Shown here: piece by piece, positions 23,695-32,248 of the stretch
Layout: the number at the start of each line of letters is the position of its first letter
Position numbering within the stretch: position 1 is the first letter of the stretch
From: Octopus sinensis
Lineage: Eukaryota
NCBI RefSeq assembly: GCF_006345805.1
Contig: NW_021829598.1
Coordinates: 1 to 32,248, forward strand
DNA length: 32,248 nt
Reading direction: 5' to 3'
The notes under the pieces: model-generated
Seen by the model: the letters and a program-made list of their open reading frames with translations, nothing else
Databases searched by the model: none
Told to the model about the DNA's origin: nothing
Translations under genes and position numbers: made by a program

Positions 23695-24706
23695 ATATAT
23701 ACTTAAATTTAATCCAAACAAGAAAGCACAAAGAACACAGCCACGTGAGGACGTGGAACAAATATAGTATCATCGGACGCTCAGGAAAGAAGGAGCGATC
23801 AACGTTACGAGCGGAGCTCTTCGTCGGAAACATACGACGAGGAAAGATCCAGAGGAGGGAAAACAGAGGAAAAAAATCGCCAACGGTCCACACGCGGTCA
23901 CATTTTGAATGACCGGAAGGAAATGGGTGAAGAAAAGTTCTTTCAAAGACAGGAGAGTGGTAGAGGAGGAAGTATGTGTGTGTAAGTGTGGATATGTGCG
24001 TTTGCGGAGGTCTGCGTGTGCGTGTGTGTGTATGTGTGTATGAGTGCAATGATGACACGTGTGTGTGTGTGTGTGTGTGTATGTGTGTGTGGTTGTGTCT
24101 GTTATTCTTTGCGTGTTGTAGGGCTAGTAGTGATAAGGTCAACGAAGGAATTGGGCGTGGCTCCTTTTGTCTCTACCACAGGTCAAGTAGTAGGTACTGC
24201 TAGTTTGAAGTATGTGTGTGTGTGCATGTATATGTATCGTGTGTGTGTGTGTTTTGTAGTGTTTCTGTGTATGTATGTGTGTGTTCGTGTGTGTATGCGT
24301 AGAGTTTGGGTGTGTGCATTCGTGTGCTTGTGTGCGTGCGTATGTGTGCGCATGTTTTTGCGTGTGTGTGTGTGTCTGTGTCTATATGTGTATACGTATG
24401 TGTATGTGCGTGTGCGCGTGTAGGCATTTATTGTGTGTATGTATATGTATCGGTTGTATGTGAATTTGTGCATGCGTGTGTATGTGGGGTTTTTGGGAGT
24501 TTTGTGGGAGTAATGTGCGTGCGTGTGTGCGCTTAAGTACGTGTATGTGCGTGTGTGTCTGTGCCCATGTGTGTATAAGTGTGTGCGTATCTGTATGAGT
24601 ATTGTTCGTTAAAGATATATGTGGGCATCTGTGCTGGTGTGTGTGTATGTACGTGTGGATGCGAGTGTGTGTGCGTGTATTGTGTGCGTATGATACATAT
24701 ATCTCT

Positions 24707-24990
24707 GTGATGACCGTCACAGACCAGGCTATCAGTTGTTGCTACACATCGCTGGTCACAATGCGCTTCGCATTGTTTTAACCTTCAAATGACTCCACCC
24801 CGCTGGCTAAGCGAGCAGGTCAAGAGAAGAAAGGGAGAAAGTTGTAGCGAAAGAGTACAGCAGAGATCACAACAACCCACTCCCTGAGACACGTGGAGCT
24901 TTAAACACACACAACGCCCAATATGGGAATCGAAACCGAGATCCTACAACCGTGAGTCCGCTGCCCTAAACACTGGGCCACTACGCCTCC
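24707..24990 (-). mobile_element. tRNA-derived SINE, copy B
   Basis: Paralogue of 12781-13057; A box TGGCCCAGTG and B box GGTTTCGATTCC on the minus strand. Confidence 0.82.
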
Positions 24991-24998
24991 ATACGGAC

Positions 24999-25075
<77 letters not shown>

Positions 25076-25806
25076 CATATCAATATATAGGTATACACGT
25101 ACACATAAGCATACACACCATAAATATCACAAATATACGTATCTACTTATACGCATACACACACACAAACGCACACATATATGTGAGTGGACATACACTG
25201 TATAGTGTGATTCATCGTGTACAATTGAGCACGTGTGTCTGTGTGCGTGCGTATGTGTGTGTGTTTGTGTTTATTTGTGCGTGTGTTTGTCCGTGTGTCT
25301 GTGTGTATGTATTTACATTCGATCTTACATATTGTCATATATAAAAACCAACGTGAATTACAGTCAAACATTACGAAATTCACCGATCTAAATTGGCACT
25401 CGCACGTTTTATTTTCAGTTGGAAAGAAAAGATTCAAAAAAACTCGCCTCACTTCCGTTCCTGATGGAGAGAAATAGATAAATGTGTGTAAATATGTACG
25501 TATTCCTATGTGTGTGTGTGTGTGTGTGTTTGTATGTGTCTGTTTCTGTGCGTGTGCGCAAGTGTACATCTTGATATAATACTTAACACTAATATTAATA
25601 GGGCTAAACGTTGCAGCGACAGGGCATGGCCATGCTGGAACCCCACCATTAGATTTTTGTCATTACGCACTTATTTCCCTCTCCAGGATTATGTCTGGTG
25701 AAAGAGCGATCGGACAGGAGTACAGTTCCACCCTTCTTTGTGTTTACTTGGGATGTGTGTATATGTATATATACATACATACATATATATATATATATCC
25801 ATATAC

Positions 25807-25871
<65 letters not shown>

Positions 25872-25969
25872 GATATATACATAGATAGATAGATATGTAG
25901 ATAAATAGATTGATAGATAGATATGTATGTACATACATACGTAACTATATATGTGTGTATGTATATATG

Positions 25970-26029
<60 letters not shown>

Positions 26030-26092
26030 TTATGTGTGTGTGTGTGTGTGTATAGCACACATAGTGTGTATGTATCTATGTTTTATGTAATT

Positions 26093-26290
26093 GTCTGTTA
26101 TTGTCGCACCACTATCGATTCTCAACTGATGTCGGTGTGTTTACGTCCCCGTTACATAGCGGTTCGGCTAGAGATACCGATAGAATGAGCAATATGCTTA
26201 CAAAGAATAATTCCTGAAGTCGATATGTCCTACTAAACGCAGTGCTCTAGCATGGCCGCAGTCAAATGACTGAAACGGTTAAAAGAATAT
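26093..26290 (+). mobile_element. 3' part of the second SINE family, copy B
   Basis: Paralogue of 14066-14260. Confidence 0.7.
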
Positions 26291-26302
26291 ATTTATATAC
26301 AG

Positions 26303-26344
<42 letters not shown>

Positions 26345-26791
26345 TCACACACATACATATATATATATATAGATATATATATAGAGAAAGATAGACAGAG
26401 AGATACAGTGATAGATACACACACGCATGTATGTGTTTGTATATATATATCTATATATGTTCACGCGCTAATATATTCATATGTATGTATATTTATATAT
26501 ACATATATATATGTATATTATATATACAAATATACGTATATGTATATATATGTATATTTAGGTGTGTGCGCCTGTGTGTTCGTGTGTGATTACGTGTGTG
26601 ATCTTATGTGTGTGTGTGTGCTCCATAGGAACATATGTAAGTGATTCGTGCATACATCCTTACATCCATCCATCCATCGGTACGTACTTACATCCACATA
26701 TTAATACATACATACGTAAATGCATACATACATACATGCATATATAAATACATAAAGACATAAATATATTAACACAAAATCTATGACTTAC

Positions 26792-26935
26792 CGTTTTCGA
26801 TTTCTCTTCCATTTTTCCTATTCTTGAATCTTGATGAAGAATCACGATCGTCAGAACGAGAAGAACCCCAAAAGCTATGAGAGAGGAAATGGAATAACGC
26901 TGCGAAATATTCCTGGACAGTTGTGCGAAATCCAT
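26792..26935 (-). CDS. Probable first coding exon of the C4-like gene (type II signal anchor plus short coiled coil)
   Basis: agaATGG start context; MDFAQLSRNISQRYS-ISSLIAFGVLLVLTIVIL-HQDSRIGKMEEKSKT; perfect GTAAGT donor (phase 0). Same strand and upstream of the C4 exons. At least one linking exon (phase 0 to 1) is not identified. Confidence 0.62.
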
Positions 26936-27019
26936 TCTGGTGACAGTTGTCGGTCGTACGTGATACTTCGTGTGGCTTCAACAAAAGATCGAGATGCGAG
27001 GTTTAAGCTGAAGACCTGT

Positions 27020-27104
27020 AACTGAATTCCACGTATTTATTGAGCGCACAACAACCCAGCTCTGGCATAGATCTTATCGTAAATTTATGAACCAATGCGA
27101 TTGG
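27020..27104 (-). promoter_or_regulatory. Candidate core promoter of the C4-like gene
   Basis: Inverted CCAAT pair CCAATgcgATTGG (27092-27104), AATAAATA TATA-like element and TCAGTT initiator-like motif (27025-27020), ~85-170 nt upstream of the ATG. Also present in copy A (15040-15052). Confidence 0.35.
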
Positions 27105-27307
27105 TGGAACTGTAAAAGTGGGCGTGAACTTGTCTGACAGGTTTAATTATTGGAAAGAGATGGTTTGATATTGTCACACAATAATTAGCAAAATATTTTG
27201 ATGAATGAGAGACACGTGTAAAGTGAAATGATTCCTGTTTCTGGATATATTATGATATATTTATTTACTAATGTTGTTATTTAATTTTATTTGTTTATTC
27301 TTGGGAA

Positions 27308-27870
27308 ACTGTTTTAATATTCAGTGTGGGAAGTATTTCGTTCAACCAACAAATACACAGACACACACGCATACAGACACACTGACACGCAAACACACAC
27401 GGACGGACACACACACAGACACTGACACACACACACTGACACGCACACACAAGCACACACTGACACGAACACCAACACACACACCTACACACACTGACAC
27501 ACAGACACACACACGCACACACTAACACACACACACATACTGACATACACACACACCAACACTCACCCACACACACCAACACACACTGACACACACACAC
27601 AGATACATTGTCTTACACACACACACACACTCACGCACAGACATACACATTGACACACACGCACTGACACACACACACACACACGCACATACACTGACAC
27701 ACACACATACACTTACACACACACATACACTGACACATACACTGACACACACACACACACTCCCACACGCACACATACACTGACACACACACACACACAC
27801 CGAAACACACACACACACACACACTCACACACTGTTTTAATATTCAGTGTGGGAAGTATTTCGTTCAACC
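27308..27870 (+). repeat. Perfect 40-bp direct repeats (27308-27347, 27831-27870) flanking a 483-bp CA/CTGA tract
   Basis: actgttttaatattcagtgtgggaagtatttcgttcaacc occurs identically on both sides. Confidence 0.92.
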
Positions 27871-27994
27871 CACACAGTAATCGCAAGACTTAATCTAATG
27901 AAGTCCGCTGTTCGGATTGGATTCTTCACAACAAGCGTTAATCGGATTAGAAAAGTTTTATGTGAATATCAAAATCAAAACCTACCAATTCCCA

Positions 27995-28670
27995 CCCACC
28001 CATACATATATATATACATACATGCACACATACATACATACACACATACATACACACATACATACATACACACATACATACACACATACTTACATATATA
28101 CATACATACATACATACATACATACATACATACATACATACATGTATGCATATATTTATACATACATATTTACATACATACATATATACATACATACATG
28201 CACACATACATACAGGTATACATACAAACATACATACATACACACATAGCCCCATACATGCATACATACACACTCACGTATATACATACATATATACATA
28301 CATATATACCCCCATACATACATATATACTTACAATCACACACATATATATATACATACATACACACATACATACACACATACATACATACAAACATACA
28401 TACATACGCACACATACATACGTACATACATACATACATACTTTCATACATACATACATACATACATGTATGCATATATTTATACATACAAGTATGTATG
28501 TATACATGTATACATGCATGTATGTTTGAATGTAAGCATGTATATATCGATAGACCCATATACACATACATACATACATACATATATACATACATACATA
28601 CATACTTACATCCATACATACATGCATACATACTTACATCCATCCATCCATCCATTCATAAGTACATACT
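27995..28670. repeat. Degenerate (TACA)n microsatellite
   Basis: Directly visible. Confidence 0.93.
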
Positions 28671-29009
28671 TGGTGGCTGCCTCCTCGTTATCGAGTATGG
28701 GCATTGCACGAAGCTTAATCAATGTTGTTATCTTGCAATGCCTGTGCATGAAGATTTTTTTTATAGTGAGGAAAGGCTGTGCACTTTGACAATCCAGGTC
28801 ACTAAGCAACAGCCGCCATAATCCGAAAAGAAGAACAAGTCAACATCATCGGTAACCACTGAGCCGCAGGTTTTATATCGGAGTTATCCCAGTTACATGA
28901 GTTACCTTCTCCTAGAATGATGCCCTAACAAAGTCTAGGAGTCCTTCACTCCCAATGTTTAACCGCCCGATCTGGTATTCAGTCCGATTATTTCTATGTC
29001 CCCGCGCAT

Positions 29010-32000
29010 GATACAAACCAACCAGTCGATCCACGACCAACCGACAAATCAGCCAACCAGGTGACCCACAGACAAACCAGCCAAACAACAACCAACTGAC
29101 CAACCAGCCAACCAGCCGATCCACCACCAACCGACAAACCATTCAACCAGGTGACCCACCGTCGAACCAGCCAACCAACAACCAACCGACAAACCAACCA
29201 ACCAACCGACAAACCAGCCAACCAGCCCATCCACGACCAACCGACAAACCAGCCAACCAGGTGACCCACCGACCAACCAGCCAGCCAGCAACCAACTGAC
29301 AAACCAGTCATGACCAACCGATCCATGTCCAACCGACAAACCATCCAACCAGGTGGCCACCGACCAACCTACCAACCAGCAATCAACAACCTAACCAGCC
29401 AACCAGCCTATCCAGGACAAACCGACAAACCAGCCAACCAGGAAACCCACCGACCATCCAGCCAACAAACAACCAACCGACAAACCAGCCAACCAGCCTA
29501 GCCAAGACCAACCGACAAGCCAGCCATCCAGGTGACCCATCGACCAGCCAGACAACCAGCCAGCAACCAACAAACCAGCCAACCAGGTGACCCACTGACC
29601 AGCCAGCCAACCAGCAACCAACCGACAAAGCAGCCAACCGGGTGACCCACCGACCAGCCAGCCAGCCAGCAATTAACCGACAATCCAGTCATGAACAACC
29701 GATCCACGTCCAAAGGACAAACAAATCAACTAGGTGACCCACAGACCAACAACCAACCAACTGACAAACAAGCCAACTAGCCGATCCAACATCAACCGAC
29801 AAACCAGCCAACCAGGTGACCCACCGACCAGCTAGCCAAACAGAAACCAACCGACAAACCAGCCAACCAGCCGATCCACCACCAACCGACAAACAGCCAC
29901 CCAGTTGACACACCAACCAACCAGCCAGCCAGCAACCAACCGACAAACCGGTCATGACCAACCGATCCACGTCCAACCGACAAACCAGCGAACCAGGTGA
30001 CCCTCTGACCAACCAGCCTACCAGCAATCAACAAACTAACCAGCCAACCAGGTGACCCACCGGCCAACCAACCAACAAGTAACCAACCGACAAACCAGCG
30101 AGCAAGCCGATCCACGTCTAACCGACAAACCAGCCAACCAGCCTATCCACGACCATCCGACAAACCAGCCAACCAGGTGACCCACCGACCAACCAACCAA
30201 CCAACAAGTAACCAACCGACAAACCAGCCACCAGGTGACCCACCGACCAACCAGCCAGCCAGCAACCAACAAACAAACCCGCCAACAAGCCGATCCACCA
30301 CAACCAACAAACCAGCCAACCAGGTGACCCACCAACCAACCATCCAATCAGCAACCAACCGACAAACCAGCCAACCAGCCTATCCACGACCAACCGATAA
30401 ACCAGCCAACTAGCTGACCAACCGACAAACCAGCCAACAAGCAACCAACCGACAAACCAACCAACAAGCCGATCCACGACCAACCAGCAAACCAGCCAAC
30501 CACGTGACCCATCGACCAGCCAGCCAAGCAGCAACCAACCGACAAACAAGCCAACCAGCCTATCCACGACCAACCGACAAACCAACCAGCCAGGTGACCT
30601 ACCGACAAACCAGCCACCCAGGTGACCCACCGACCAACCAGCCAACCAGAAACCAACCCACAAACCAACCAACAAGACGATCCACGACCAACTGACAAAC
30701 CGGCCAACCAGGTGACCCACGACCAACCAGCCAAACAGCAACCAACTGACAAACAAGCCAACCAGTCTACCCACGACCAACCGACAAACCACCCAACAAG
30801 GTGACCCACCGACCAACCAGCCAGCCAGCAACCAACCAACAAACCAGTCATAAACAACCGATCCACGTCCAACCAACAGACCAGCCAACCAGGCGACCCA
30901 CCGACCAACCAGCCAGCCAGCCAGCAACCAGCCGACAAACAAGTCACGACCAACCGATCCACGTCCAACCAACAAAGCAGCAAACCAGTTGACCAACCGA
31001 TCAACCGGCAACCATCCGACAATCCAGCCAACCCACCTATCCACGACCAACCGACAAACCAGCCAACTAGGTGACCAACCGACCAACCAGCCAGCCAGCA
31101 ACCAACCGAGCAACCAGCAAAGCAGCAACCAACCGACAAACCAGCCAACCAACCTATCCACAACCAACCGACAAACCAGCCAACCAGGTGACCATCCGAC
31201 CAAGCAGCCAGCCAGCCAGTATCCAACCGACAAACCAGCCAGCTAGCAATCAACCGACAAACAAGCCAACCAAACCATCCACGACCCACATACAAACCAG
31301 CCAACCAGGTGACCCACCGACCAACCAGCCCACCAGCAACCAACCGACATACCAGTTATGACCAACCGATCCGCGACCAACCGACAAACCAGCCAGCCAG
31401 TAACCAACCGACAAACCAGCCAACCAGCTGATCCACCACCAACCGACAAACCAGCCAACCAGGTGACCCACCGACCAACCAGCCAGCCAGCAACCAACCG
31501 ACAAACCAGCCAACCAGCCGATCCACCACCAACCGACAAACCAGCCAACCAGGTGACCCACCGACCAACCAGCCAGCCAGCAACCAACCGACAAACTAGC
31601 CAACCAGCCTATCCACTACCAACAAACAAACCATCCTACTACGTGACCCACTGACCAACAAGCCAACCAGCAACCTACCAACAAACCAGCCAACAAGCCG
31701 ATCCGTGACCAACAGACAAACCAGCCAACCAGGCGACCCACCGACCAACCAGCCAACCAGCAACCAACCGACAAACCAGCCAACCAGGTGACCCACCGAC
31801 CAGCCAGCCAGCCAGCAACCAACCGACAAAGCAGCCAACAGGGTGACCCACCGACCAACCAGCCAGCCAGCAATCAACCGACAATCCAGTCATGACCAAC
31901 CGATCCACGTCCAATGGAGAAACAAGTCAACAAGGTGACCCACCGACCAACCAGCCAACAACCAACCAACTGACAAACCAGCCAACTATCCGATCCAACA

Positions 32001-32248
32001 TCAACCGACAAACCAGCCAACCAGGTGACCCACCACCAACCGACAAACCAGCCAACCAGTTGACAAACCGACCAACCAGCCAGCTAGCAACCAAACGACA
32101 AACCGGTCATGACCAACCGATCCACGTCCAACCGACAAACCAGTCAACCAGGTGACCCACCGACCAACCAGCCTACCAGCAATCACCAAACTAACCAGCC
32201 AACCAGGTGACCAACCACCAACCGACAAACCAGCCAACCAAACCATCC
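29010..32248. repeat. CCAA-derived complex satellite, ~90-bp basic unit, open at the window edge
   Basis: Modules caaccgacaaaccagccaacc, aggtgacccaccgac and cgatccacgac are shuffled throughout. Clean 90-nt period at 31441/31531. Plus strand is very T-poor. Confidence 0.93.

Larger units (their letters stand above)
21902..27830 (+). repeat. Segmental duplication, copy B (parental configuration)
   Basis: Collinear with 10183-16125. Retains 269-bp (22489-22757) and 224-bp (23324-23547) segments absent in copy A. Confidence 0.93.

Noticed and set aside
25384-25694. Candidate minus-strand exons 25671-25694 (24 nt) and 25384-25460 (77 nt) reading [34 protein letters not shown]
   Set aside because: Splice sites are plausible, but the phases (1 in, 0 out) do not connect exon 1 (phase 0) to the 20150 exon (phase 1). 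Not callable without RNA data.
28912-32246. Long Trp/Leu/Val/Gly-rich and Gln/Pro/Thr-rich ORFs
   Set aside because: Multiple frames are open because the satellite is poor in stop codons, and unit indels do not preserve frame.

Overview
Repeat-rich animal genomic DNA, most likely an octopus/cephalopod (inferred from the SINE families, the microsatellite density and the GC-rich divergent rRNA). Nearly all ORFs in the supplied track are artefacts of repeats. Layout from left to right: (1) a rearranged rDNA remnant: a 140-bp tandem array (1-2088), ~212-bp spacer modules with two putative Pol I initiation motifs (2089-4189), joined directly to 5.8S-ITS2-first ~300 nt of 28S, with no ETS/18S/ITS1; (2) a decayed, 5'-truncated Dong/R4 (RLE-type) LINE on the minus strand, then a ~225-bp foldback palindrome; (3) a minus-strand multi-exon gene for a probably membrane-anchored protein with a short-chain-collagen-C4-like Cys-rich C-terminal domain (exons at 26792-26935, 20076-20150 and 17782-18281; linking exon unresolved), plus an old pseudo-exon paralogue (~8707-8935); (4) a recent ~5-6 kb segmental duplication (10183-~16125 vs 21902-~27830) carrying RTE and Helitron fragments, SINEs and exon 1; (5) a strand-biased CCAA-rich satellite with ~90-bp units and a ~2.2-kb higher-order repeat (29010-end). 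All family assignments come from manual translation and recalled consensus motifs, not database searches.
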